Shown: in pieces, positions 1 through 8,350 of the stretch
How the letters are laid out: each line of letters starts with the position of its first letter
How positions within the stretch are numbered: the stretch's first letter is position 1
IMG/VR virus record: IMGVR_UViG_3300044632_001278
Length of the DNA stretch: 64,000 nucleotides
Strand: one strand, 5' to 3'
Origin: a virus
Made by a program: the position numbers and the translations under genes
The notes under the pieces: generated by a model
What the model saw: only the letters and a program-made list of their open reading frames with translations
Database searches by the model: none
What the model was told of the DNA's origin: nothing

Positions 1-177
1 TGCCTGTTGTGCCTGTTGTGCCTGTTGTGCCTGTTGTGCCTGTTGTGCCTGTTGTGCCTGTTGTGCCTGTTGTGCCTGTTGTGCCTGTTGTGCCTGTTGT
101 GCCTGTTGTGCCTGTTGTGCCTGTTGTACCTGTTGTACCTGTTGTGCCTGATGTACCTGTTGTGCCTGTTGTGCCTG
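1..177. repeat. 9-bp tandem repeat (TGCCTGTTG)n, about 19 copies, coding for GTT on the minus strand
   Basis: Directly visible; the variant copies near 125-155 are synonymous or conservative (GGT, TCA) in the minus-strand frame. Confidence 0.95.
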
Positions 178-487
178 CGGTTCCGGCTACTGATTTGATT
201 TTATTTAATAAGTTTGTTAATTGTGTTGCGTACTGAATTATTTCTGGCGTAACTAAATCTTTACTAGGGCCATTTGTCAAGTCGTTAATAAGATTTTCTT
301 TGGTCGAACCAATTTCATTTGCGATATTGGTTAGTAGGGAATTTATATTTTGTTCTAATATCTGAAGATCATTAGAAGACAATTGTTTTTTACCTCCCAA
401 ACCTACAGATCCTTTTAATTTATCAAAAAAACCAGCTTCATTTAAAAATTGAGTATATAACTCTTTAGTATAATTCATATCATTCAT
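1..487 (-). CDS. Partial ORF (3' end beyond window), not in the ORF track: MNDMNYTKELYTQFLNEAGFFDKLKG... followed by a (Gly-Thr-Thr)n collagen-like repeat; probable virion/head protein
   Basis: Manual translation of the minus strand from ATG at 487, just after the stop of the 489..2228 gene, stays open to position 1. Confidence 0.85.
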   Translation of the reverse strand, partial: MNDMNYTKELYTQFLNEAGFFDKLKGSVGLGGKKQLSSNDLQILEQNINSLLTNIANEIGSTKENLINDLTNGPSKDLVTPEIIQYATQLTNLLNKIKSVAGTAGTTGTTGTSGTTGTTGTTGTTGTTGTTGTTGTTGTTGTTGTTGTTGTTGTTGTTGTTG

Positions 488-488
488 A

Positions 489-2228
489 TTATATATATAG
501 TTTTTTAATAATCGACTTGTATGCTGATTCTTGTACTGTCGGAGTAACTGATTTTCCAGCTTTTGTTGCCAACTTAGCTAAAACATCTTCATCAACTGGA
601 TTCCCCATTTGCTTAGCCATACTCATTGCAGTGTATGCAGTTTCTGCTTCGTTTGGTGTCAATTTATCAATAACACTTACGCCATTTATAGATATTGGTA
701 TATGGCCTCTTAACTCAGCAGTCAGATTGAGAGTTCGTGGTCCAACTCCTGAAAAAAACTGATTTCTATCAATTATTCCGGCATCCATAGCTTTTTTCAA
801 GATTCTATACTGATCCACACCCAGAGATTTGGTCGCCATAAATTTTTGCAAGTAAGCATCCATAGCTTTATTGTCACCTTGTAAAGCAAGTTTGCCAATT
901 TCTTTTAGAGGTTTGTCAGTATATGATTGAGTAGCAGTATCTGCTATACCTGTTGCTAATTTAGTCAATGATTCTTTAGGTATTCCGCCCGCACCATTAA
1001 TAATGTCTGCGAGGTCAGATCGGTCCTGGAACCTAATGAATGTTTTTATATCAGGATAACTCTCCGATTCTTCTTTAAAAGCTTTGTACAATTCTGGAGT
1101 GTTTTTAATAATAGTAAGTAATTTTTCATCACCACCTCGTCTAGTGGCGACCATTAATTTTGTTATATCAGCCTCAGATACTTTAATATTTCCACTGGTA
1201 ATATTTTGATCTGATATGTCAGCGCCTGGAACTCCTGTAAAATAAGACTTAGCGCCGTCAATAAATCCACCACCTTTGAAGTAGCTAAATAGTCCTTTTG
1301 TAAGTGCGCCACCAACTAAAGATAAACCTGTAACTAATAATGCATTTTTTAATGCATCTTTCCAAGATTCTTTTTTGAGATAGTGACCAACAATTGTTCT
1401 TACTAATAATCCAGTTAACACACCGATTACCAAAGATGTGCCTACAGTAGCACCTGTTAATGATATTGATAACATTTTTGTAATGTTAATTAATAGACCA
1501 ATTATGGTATTAGTCCATTTTGGATTCAACTTTGTAAAATCTTGTAATTTATTGAGCATCGATGTTCCTGAAGAATCACTTTCATATGTTATGGTGCCAT
1601 CAGCTGCTCTTTTTGCAATCTTCATACTTGGACCCAATTTGGTCATTATCATTTGCCAAGCCGATCCTTGTTTTTTAGCGTCTAAAATATCTGATTTTAA
1701 TGCAGATGACCAATTTACAAATCGATTGAGTGCATTTACCACAATTGATTGAAATAAAGTCATTGCAATCTGACCTGCTTTACCACCCAATTCTTTTGTT
1801 TTTAATGCTGCCTTTTGAATAATACTTGGTTCGGCACCAATATTTTTTGGTACAGATGTGTCTTTTAATCTTTCATCAGAATCAACGTTATCTAAGTATT
1901 GTTTATTATCTGTGTGAAATTTATTGATTAGTGATAGTATATTTTTTGAAGTATCTGCTGTTGATACTGGATCTGTGGAAGCTTCTACTAACAATGATAT
2001 ATCAGAAATTTGTTGATTGTTTTCACGTATTTCTTTTAATACTTTACGTGTACCAACACTCAATTTAAATTCTGCTAAATGTAAATTGTTAGTTTCTATG
2101 CATTCTTGAAGAATTGCTAATTCCTTCAACATTCGATTGAATGTGAATTCTAATTTTTTTAAATTGTAAATCTCTTGCTTAGATAATTTTGGATTTAACA
2201 GTTGATTTTCTTCCAATAAAGCTATCAT
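489..2228 (-). CDS. Hypothetical 579-aa protein with central hydrophobic segments; possible internal/ejection protein
   Basis: Long ORF; hydrophobic stretches (SLVIGVLTGLLVRTIVG, ALLVTGLSLVGGAL); LLE near the N-terminus; TATTTATA 5 nt upstream. Confidence 0.6.
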   Translation of the reverse strand: MIALLEENQLLNPKLSKQEIYNLKKLEFTFNRMLKELAILQECIETNNLHLAEFKLSVGTRKVLKEIRENNQQISDISLLVEASTDPVSTADTSKNILSLINKFHTDNKQYLDNVDSDERLKDTSVPKNIGAEPSIIQKAALKTKELGGKAGQIAMTLFQSIVVNALNRFVNWSSALKSDILDAKKQGSAWQMIMTKLGPSMKIAKRAADGTITYESDSSGTSMLNKLQDFTKLNPKWTNTIIGLLINITKMLSISLTGATVGTSLVIGVLTGLLVRTIVGHYLKKESWKDALKNALLVTGLSLVGGALTKGLFSYFKGGGFIDGAKSYFTGVPGADISDQNITSGNIKVSEADITKLMVATRRGGDEKLLTIIKNTPELYKAFKEESESYPDIKTFIRFQDRSDLADIINGAGGIPKESLTKLATGIADTATQSYTDKPLKEIGKLALQGDNKAMDAYLQKFMATKSLGVDQYRILKKAMDAGIIDRNQFFSGVGPRTLNLTAELRGHIPISINGVSVIDKLTPNEAETAYTAMSMAKQMGNPVDEDVLAKLATKAGKSVTPTVQESAYKSIIKKLYI

Positions 2229-2274
2229 ATTTATATAAATATGTATACGTGAATAAAAACTGATTAAAATAAAC

Positions 2275-2303
2275 TTGACGTATATGCGTTTTGTATATAT
2301 TAT
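2275..2303 (+). promoter_or_regulatory. Sigma70-type promoter TTGACG-N17-TATTAT
   Basis: Near-consensus hexamers with 17-nt spacing, in the divergent intergenic region. Confidence 0.65.
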
Positions 2304-2380
2304 TACGTTATGTTCTAAGGCTGGTAATCTTAGAATCCGTAGTTATATTACCACATTCAAATATTAAATTATAAATTAGT

Positions 2381-2572
2381 ATGACAGCGAAAAGCGACAG
2401 TTTGACAGATAATAATATTAAGTACGTAATTCTACGAGACGGTAGAAGAGTTTCCGATTTGGAATATACTTCCAAGGATGAGGCTAGAACGGAGTATGAA
2501 CATTGGTCATCAATTATTAAACGATGGCCGGATGGTTCTAAAATTGAAATTGTAGAAACGAAAGGTAAATAA
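2381..2572 (+). CDS. Small hypothetical protein (63 aa)
   Basis: ORF downstream of the promoter, coupled to the next gene by a TAATG overlap. Confidence 0.7.
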   Translation: MTAKSDSLTDNNIKYVILRDGRRVSDLEYTSKDEARTEYEHWSSIIKRWPDGSKIEIVETKGK

Positions 2573-2805
2573 TGAGTGGTACTACATTTGGGTTAAAACA
2601 AAGAATTGTAGCAGCTGGTTCTGAGAAAGAAGTGTTGGATTTGTTGCAACTTGGCAAAACTTACACAGATGCTTCTCAAGAAACAATTCGTTCTTGGAAA
2701 AACGCTTCTAACAGAAGGTTACAACAATTAAATTCAACCGTGACACAAACAGAAACGGTCGAAAACGATAGTGACAAACCTGTTAAAAAGAAGAAGAAAA
2801 AGTAA
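2572..2805 (+). CDS. Small hypothetical protein with a basic C-terminus (77 aa)
   Basis: GAAAGG upstream; followed by a terminator. Confidence 0.7.
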   Translation: MSGTTFGLKQRIVAAGSEKEVLDLLQLGKTYTDASQETIRSWKNASNRRLQQLNSTVTQTETVENDSDKPVKKKKKK

Positions 2806-2828
2806 AAGGTTAGATAAATTGGTTATGA

Positions 2829-2861
2829 AAAGACGTTACTTCGGTAACGTCTTTATTTTTT
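2829..2861 (+). terminator. Rho-independent terminator with a cUUCGg tetraloop
   Basis: AAAGACGTTAC-TTCG-GTAACGTCTTT followed by a T run. Confidence 0.9.
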
Positions 2862-2876
2862 GTTATATACTTATAT

Positions 2877-3230
2877 ATGATGACAGATAAGTACTCTTCA
2901 TTAACTTTGCCATCTGATTATGATCAGATGGAGAGTTTAATTAAATCTAATAAAATTAAATTGATGGAACAAATTGTTTCATCAATATGTTATGCGGTAG
3001 ACAATAATTTGAATGCGATAGAGGTCTTTAACTTTAAAGATTCTGATTTCATAGTAGTATTAGACCGCAATTCATTTGAAGATAATCTAAATAATATTTA
3101 CGAATATTATATTTTGTCTGAGAAATATGAACATTGTGGTCGTGTTTTAAACATTAAACAACAACTAACCAACAAAAATGAGCAAGAAAAAAGACACAAG
3201 CCCAAAGGTTCATCAAAACGAAAAAATTAG
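2877..3230 (+). CDS. Hypothetical protein (117 aa)
   Basis: ORF with TACTTATA upstream; overlaps the phoH start. Confidence 0.7.
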   Translation: MMTDKYSSLTLPSDYDQMESLIKSNKIKLMEQIVSSICYAVDNNLNAIEVFNFKDSDFIVVLDRNSFEDNLNNIYEYYILSEKYEHCGRVLNIKQQLTNKNEQEKRHKPKGSSKRKN

Positions 3231-3888
3231 AGAAACAATAAAAATTGATGACCGAACTCTTACGCCAAAACAAATTGAATTATTAAATTTACTACAAAAT
3301 AAAACAACTAAACTAGTCTTCATTTCAGGTCCAGCTGGAACTTCAAAAACATATACATCTGTATTAGCCGGTTTAAATTTGATAAACCAAAAAAGAGTAA
3401 GTGAAATCGTATATGTCAGAAGTATTGTAGAAAGTAGTGATAGTAAATTGGGATTTTTACCAGGTGAAATGGATGAAAAGATGAGTCCTTACATTCAACC
3501 ACTAATAGATAAATTAGAAGAATTATTGCCAAAACACGATATTGATAAGTTAAAAAAAGAAGAACGTATTCACGGTTTTCCAATAAATTTCTTACGTGGT
3601 TTGAGTTGGAACGCTAAATGTATTGTAGCTGATGAAGCTCAGAATATGAGTAAGAAAGAATTGACCACATTAATTACCCGTGTTGGAGAATTTAGTAAGT
3701 TGTTTATATGTGGTGATCCCGATCAAAGTGATATCAATGGTAAAAGTGGATTTGTGCCAATGATGAACATCTTTGACGATGAAGAAAGTAGAAATAACGG
3801 AATTTATGTATTTAAATTCGATGAAGATGATATTGTTAGAAGCGGTTTAGTAAAATTTATATTAAAAAAACTAAAAAATGTTGGGTGA
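3178..3888 (+). CDS. phoH: PhoH-family ATPase
   Basis: GPAGTSKT Walker A, LGFLPG, LRGLS, DEAQN and GDPDQSD motifs. Confidence 0.95.
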   Translation: MSKKKDTSPKVHQNEKIRETIKIDDRTLTPKQIELLNLLQNKTTKLVFISGPAGTSKTYTSVLAGLNLINQKRVSEIVYVRSIVESSDSKLGFLPGEMDEKMSPYIQPLIDKLEELLPKHDIDKLKKEERIHGFPINFLRGLSWNAKCIVADEAQNMSKKELTTLITRVGEFSKLFICGDPDQSDINGKSGFVPMMNIFDDEESRNNGIYVFKFDEDDIVRSGLVKFILKKLKNVG

Positions 3889-3908
3889 TTAATAATTATT
3901 AATATATT

Positions 3909-6281
3909 ATGGCGATAGTATCCAATCAAGGTAGAACTGTTCCCGAATTACCAACACTAACAGCTGGTACTATCGGTAATAATGATTATTTAATCATACA
4001 AAATGTAAGTAGCAACTCTACAAAAAAGTCTACTGTTAGTAGTTTTGTACAAAAAACAGCAAATCTTCTAACAACATTCAACAACTTGAATTTTGTAGGA
4101 CCAAATAATACATACACGGGTTCATTTAGAAGTTTTGAAGGTGACAACTATTCTGTCATAAGTCAAAAGGTACCAAATATATTTAAAAGAGCCATAGTAA
4201 GTGATTATCTTACTATCGGATACAATCCATCGGCGCCAACGTTTTTGGGAATCTATGCAAAAACAATAGATGTTAATCAATCACTTGGCGGCGGTGGCAA
4301 TATTACGTTTACTGGAAATTCTATAAATAGTCAAATAACAGTTTTAGATTACCCTAACGGTCTAACTCTTGAAAATACTCCATTTAATATAGAACAACTC
4401 ACAGCTAGTGTTGGTATAACAGGCAGTTTAAAAGGACGTTTACTAGGCAATGTAACGGTTGGTATAGGTAAAAGTTCATTTAACAATGTAGATGTAAATA
4501 ACAATTTATATGCTGTAAATGGTGAAATAGACAACGCAGCTATAAATGGCGGTTCTATTGGTGGGGTAACTATTAATAATAGTCCGATTGGAACTACTGT
4601 GCCAAATGTCATATCTGGTTCAAAGATTTATTCTGCAAATGGATTTTCAGGAGTATTTTCTGGTAGTGGTAATATCTCACTCACAGGTAGTTTAAAAGGT
4701 AAGTTAACAGGTAATGTTACTGCTACCACTGGTACAAGTGTATTTAACAATATTACTGCAGCTAGTGTATATTCAAGTGTATATATTGAGTCACCATCAT
4801 TTATAGGCACAGCTAGTTATTCTTACAATGGAAATGGAGCACTATCATCTTTATCCAGTAGTTACGCACAAACCTCAAGTATGTGTATGTCAACTACCGC
4901 AGATACCGCTTCGTATTTAGTTTGGTCAAACCTAAGAGTAAATGGTACATCTAGTTATTCTTATAATGGCAATCAAAAATATTCATCTTTTTCGAGTAGT
5001 TATGCACTTACTTCAAGTAAAGCTATAAGCAGTAGTTATTCTACAAGAACTACCAGTGCTTCATACGCATTGAGAGCTTCAACTGTACTTGGAACTGTAG
5101 ATAATGCTTTACATTCTATAACCGCTGATTCTTCAACTACGTCATTAACATCCTCTTATTTGTTAAAAGGATCTTTGAATAGTTCAAGCGCTGTACCATA
5201 TTTTGATGGCAACAGATTAACAACATCTCCTCTATTTTATAAAAATGAGTTTGGTCAAATAAATTTTTATGTATCTGCGTCTGCTAAATACGCTCAATCA
5301 AATCTTTTTGTAGTAAATAGAGGATCTGGTACATTAAGTTCAGCTGGTTTTGTATTGCAAAATAAAAACAGATCAACTGGATATCCAAATCAAGATCAGT
5401 GGTTTATACAATCCGTTTCCAGTGGCAGTTTGACATTGAGTATTACCACAGGATCATATCATCTTAAAAATAGTACCATTACATCGAGAACTTCGGATTC
5501 ATCTGGTACAATGGCCGCATTGAAACAAATACGTAATGGTTTTTATTTCTGGCCATATATTAATACGGATTCAGCTGCTAGAGATGGTTCAGTTGGTATA
5601 GGTGTAACTCCTCCAGCAGAGCCAAGTGGTTCTATAAATAAGTATCTACGTGCTAAGTTGCAAATCAGAATGTTTAGTGGTAGCAATGAAGCCGCAAACG
5701 TTGCTGGATCGGTATTAGCTGGTAAATTCGTGGGAGGTGCTCCAGTTGGAGTAGAAAACAAACAAACCGCTATATTAGTACAATATGGATCAAGTAGTTT
5801 TGCCAATACATTTTATGTATCCAGTAGCGGTGATATGCGTGCTTATGGATCTATCAGTGGTAGTAAAATGTATTCTTATGGAAATATTAAAGTTGACAAT
5901 GGTTCAATTATTTCCAAGACAGATGCGGCTATTATCACAGGATCTTTCAAGGGTAATTACCAAAAAGATTATACAACTGTAAGTGCTACTGTTGCAGCTG
6001 CAACTACCAATTTGAGTTTTGATGATTATGATATGATCTATGTAACGGCTACAGCATCTCAAACTTTTAATGTAAATCTGACTCAAAAGAAGGTGTGTTA
6101 TTTGTATTTTTATAACAATAGCGGTGGCACTTCATTTACGTGGAGCACCGGTACACCTAATTCTTTAAAGTGGCCAGGTGGTTCGGCATCAAATCCATCA
6201 AATGGGTCTAGAGACTTGTATTCAATTGTATTGATGGGCAGTGAAATTCTTATTAATCGAATAGGAGCTTCTTACTCTTAA
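3909..6281 (+). CDS. Tail fibre-like protein, Ser/Thr/Gly-rich
   Basis: N-terminal ELP...DYLII...TKKST fibre module; TASYA/SSSYA and GSLKG repeats; C-terminal LKWPGG...D fibre-tip-like domain. Confidence 0.7.
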   Translation: MAIVSNQGRTVPELPTLTAGTIGNNDYLIIQNVSSNSTKKSTVSSFVQKTANLLTTFNNLNFVGPNNTYTGSFRSFEGDNYSVISQKVPNIFKRAIVSDYLTIGYNPSAPTFLGIYAKTIDVNQSLGGGGNITFTGNSINSQITVLDYPNGLTLENTPFNIEQLTASVGITGSLKGRLLGNVTVGIGKSSFNNVDVNNNLYAVNGEIDNAAINGGSIGGVTINNSPIGTTVPNVISGSKIYSANGFSGVFSGSGNISLTGSLKGKLTGNVTATTGTSVFNNITAASVYSSVYIESPSFIGTASYSYNGNGALSSLSSSYAQTSSMCMSTTADTASYLVWSNLRVNGTSSYSYNGNQKYSSFSSSYALTSSKAISSSYSTRTTSASYALRASTVLGTVDNALHSITADSSTTSLTSSYLLKGSLNSSSAVPYFDGNRLTTSPLFYKNEFGQINFYVSASAKYAQSNLFVVNRGSGTLSSAGFVLQNKNRSTGYPNQDQWFIQSVSSGSLTLSITTGSYHLKNSTITSRTSDSSGTMAALKQIRNGFYFWPYINTDSAARDGSVGIGVTPPAEPSGSINKYLRAKLQIRMFSGSNEAANVAGSVLAGKFVGGAPVGVENKQTAILVQYGSSSFANTFYVSSSGDMRAYGSISGSKMYSYGNIKVDNGSIISKTDAAIITGSFKGNYQKDYTTVSATVAAATTNLSFDDYDMIYVTATASQTFNVNLTQKKVCYLYFYNNSGGTSFTWSTGTPNSLKWPGGSASNPSNGSRDLYSIVLMGSEILINRIGASYS

Positions 6282-6300
6282 TACTTTATATTTATAAAAT

Positions 6301-6843
6301 ATGTCAACTCCGTGTAACAGTTTAAATGTACAACTAATAAAGGTCAGCGATCTAGCAACTTATTCTAGTATCAAAGATGCAGATCAACTGATGGTTATTG
6401 AAAATACAGGTGGTTCAAAATATTCTAGAAAATCCACTTTATCTGATTTAAAAGATTATGCTAACTCAGATGGTATATCTGGATATACCACTTCTTTATT
6501 TAATACCACAACTGATAGTAATAGTATATCATATTATTCATCTGGAAATGTTCTTTCATTTTCCCACGGATTTTCTGCTGTACCTTCTTTGGTCCGAGTA
6601 GTTTTAAAATGTAATAGTAATGATGGAAGATTTGTTATTAACCAAGAAGTTGACGTAACATCTTTTTTCAATAACCAAACAAAACCAATTTGCAGTATCG
6701 TTTCGAGTTCTAGTACTGTGTTACTAATTGTCCCAACTTATACCAGCATTACTGTTTACGACTATAACAGTAGCACCAGTGTAATAAGTCAATATAATAT
6801 CGATACAACCAAATGGTATCTTAAAATTTACGCCTGGAAGTAA
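6301..6843 (+). CDS. Short fibre/adhesin protein
   Basis: N-terminus (KVSDL...YSRKSTLSDL) paralogous to the next gene; C-terminal FSHGFSAVPSLVRVVL H-type-lectin-like segment. Confidence 0.55.
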   Translation: MSTPCNSLNVQLIKVSDLATYSSIKDADQLMVIENTGGSKYSRKSTLSDLKDYANSDGISGYTTSLFNTTTDSNSISYYSSGNVLSFSHGFSAVPSLVRVVLKCNSNDGRFVINQEVDVTSFFNNQTKPICSIVSSSSTVLLIVPTYTSITVYDYNSSTSVISQYNIDTTKWYLKIYAWK

Positions 6844-6845
6844 TT

Positions 6846-8336
6846 ATGTCAACTACCTGTAATTTAATACAACAAGTAAAAGTTAGCGATCTGGTACGAT
6901 ACAGCACGTTAACGTCTAAAGATTTAATTTTAACAATTGAATCTGGTTCTTCCAACGATTTATACTCCAGAAAAAGCACATTTGGGGACGTTGTAACATT
7001 TTTATCATCTGTAACAGGATCTTATACCGGAAGTTTTTCTGGATCTGCAAAAACATTAAGTGGTACTTTTACAGGAAGTTTTACTGGTAGTTTTCAAGGT
7101 GATCACTCCGGTAGTTTTAGTGGAAACTTCAACGGTACCAATACAGGTAGTTTTACAGGCAGTTTTAACGGACTAACAACGGGAAAATCCAATACTTCAG
7201 GATCATTGAGTGGTAGTTTTTATGGTTATATATTGACTAAGAAAGCAAGTGCTAGTGGAAGTTTCAGTGGAAGTTTATATGGTTCATTGATTAGTAAAAA
7301 CTCTAAATTAACTGGTAGTTTTAGTGGTGTTTCAAGAGGACGTTTCTCAGGAAGTGTTTCTGCTAGCATCAAGGGTTACATTAGTGCATCAAATCATTAC
7401 AACGCAAATAGAAAAGTTGCATTTTATGGTACGGCTAGTTGCGCTAAAACCGCTTCTTATGCTTTGAATTCAGGAGGAAACATAACAGGCACTGGTACTG
7501 CAAATCAATTTACATACTGGACAGCAGGCACTGCTATAGGATCTACTAATTATCTGGTGAGAAATAGTAGTATTAATAATTTGGGAAGTATGGGTTCAGG
7601 TAGAGTTACTGTAAACAACCCATTACAATTTTCCGCTGTAGGTGAACATTTGATTCAAAATTCTTCATCGGGTCAATCCATATATGGTATAGGATTACAA
7701 ACCTCAAACAATTATTTAAGAACATCTGCTAATTTTGCATTTTATTATTCTGGATCTCACGTAAATACATCAGCTTTACCAGGCAAAGATGTAACTTGGC
7801 AATCAGGAAAATCTGGTTGGGGAGTTTTGGGAATCAGACAAAGATTATTAAGTGTTGGAAATATAGTGAGTTCCGACAACGTAAATGCTCAATTACATTT
7901 GCATTTAAGTGGGTCTACTGGATGGCCATCTGGATACAATCCAAATTCAAATGTATTTTTAATTACATCTGGTAGTTCACAAACCAAATTATTACGTGTT
8001 AGTGGAAGCGGACAGTTGGATGTTAGAGGTGATATAGTTGCACTTTCTACATTTGCTACATCTGATATCAGACTTAAAGATAATATTAGACCAATTGAAA
8101 ATGCACTGAAAAAAGTGGAACAAATCAATGCAATTGAATTCAATTGGAAGTCTAATGGCAAACAAGATTTCGGAGTTATTGCTCAACAAATTGAACAATT
8201 GTATCCTGACTTGGTAATGGAAAATCTTGAGGGATACAAAGTTGTAAAATATAATCCATTGATAGCACTATTATTAAAATCTATTCAAGAACTTAACAAA
8301 GAAGTTCAAGAACTAAAAAATAAGATTAAATCTTAA
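6846..8336 (+). CDS. Tail fibre with C-terminal intramolecular chaperone (peptidase S74)
   Basis: SDIRLKDNI...GVIAQQIE...YNPLIALLLKSIQEL; GSF(S/T) tetrapeptide repeats in the shaft. Confidence 0.9.
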   Translation: MSTTCNLIQQVKVSDLVRYSTLTSKDLILTIESGSSNDLYSRKSTFGDVVTFLSSVTGSYTGSFSGSAKTLSGTFTGSFTGSFQGDHSGSFSGNFNGTNTGSFTGSFNGLTTGKSNTSGSLSGSFYGYILTKKASASGSFSGSLYGSLISKNSKLTGSFSGVSRGRFSGSVSASIKGYISASNHYNANRKVAFYGTASCAKTASYALNSGGNITGTGTANQFTYWTAGTAIGSTNYLVRNSSINNLGSMGSGRVTVNNPLQFSAVGEHLIQNSSSGQSIYGIGLQTSNNYLRTSANFAFYYSGSHVNTSALPGKDVTWQSGKSGWGVLGIRQRLLSVGNIVSSDNVNAQLHLHLSGSTGWPSGYNPNSNVFLITSGSSQTKLLRVSGSGQLDVRGDIVALSTFATSDIRLKDNIRPIENALKKVEQINAIEFNWKSNGKQDFGVIAQQIEQLYPDLVMENLEGYKVVKYNPLIALLLKSIQELNKEVQELKNKIKS

Positions 8337-8350
8337 TATATATAGGATAT

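Noticed and set aside
1-177. Possible CRISPR array
   Set aside because: Contiguous 9-bp units without spacers; no repeat-spacer array or cas gene seen anywhere in the window
7-236. Plus-strand ORFs (CLL)n and (PVV)n
   Set aside because: Alternative frames of the 9-bp repeat; the minus-strand GTT frame continues a real gene
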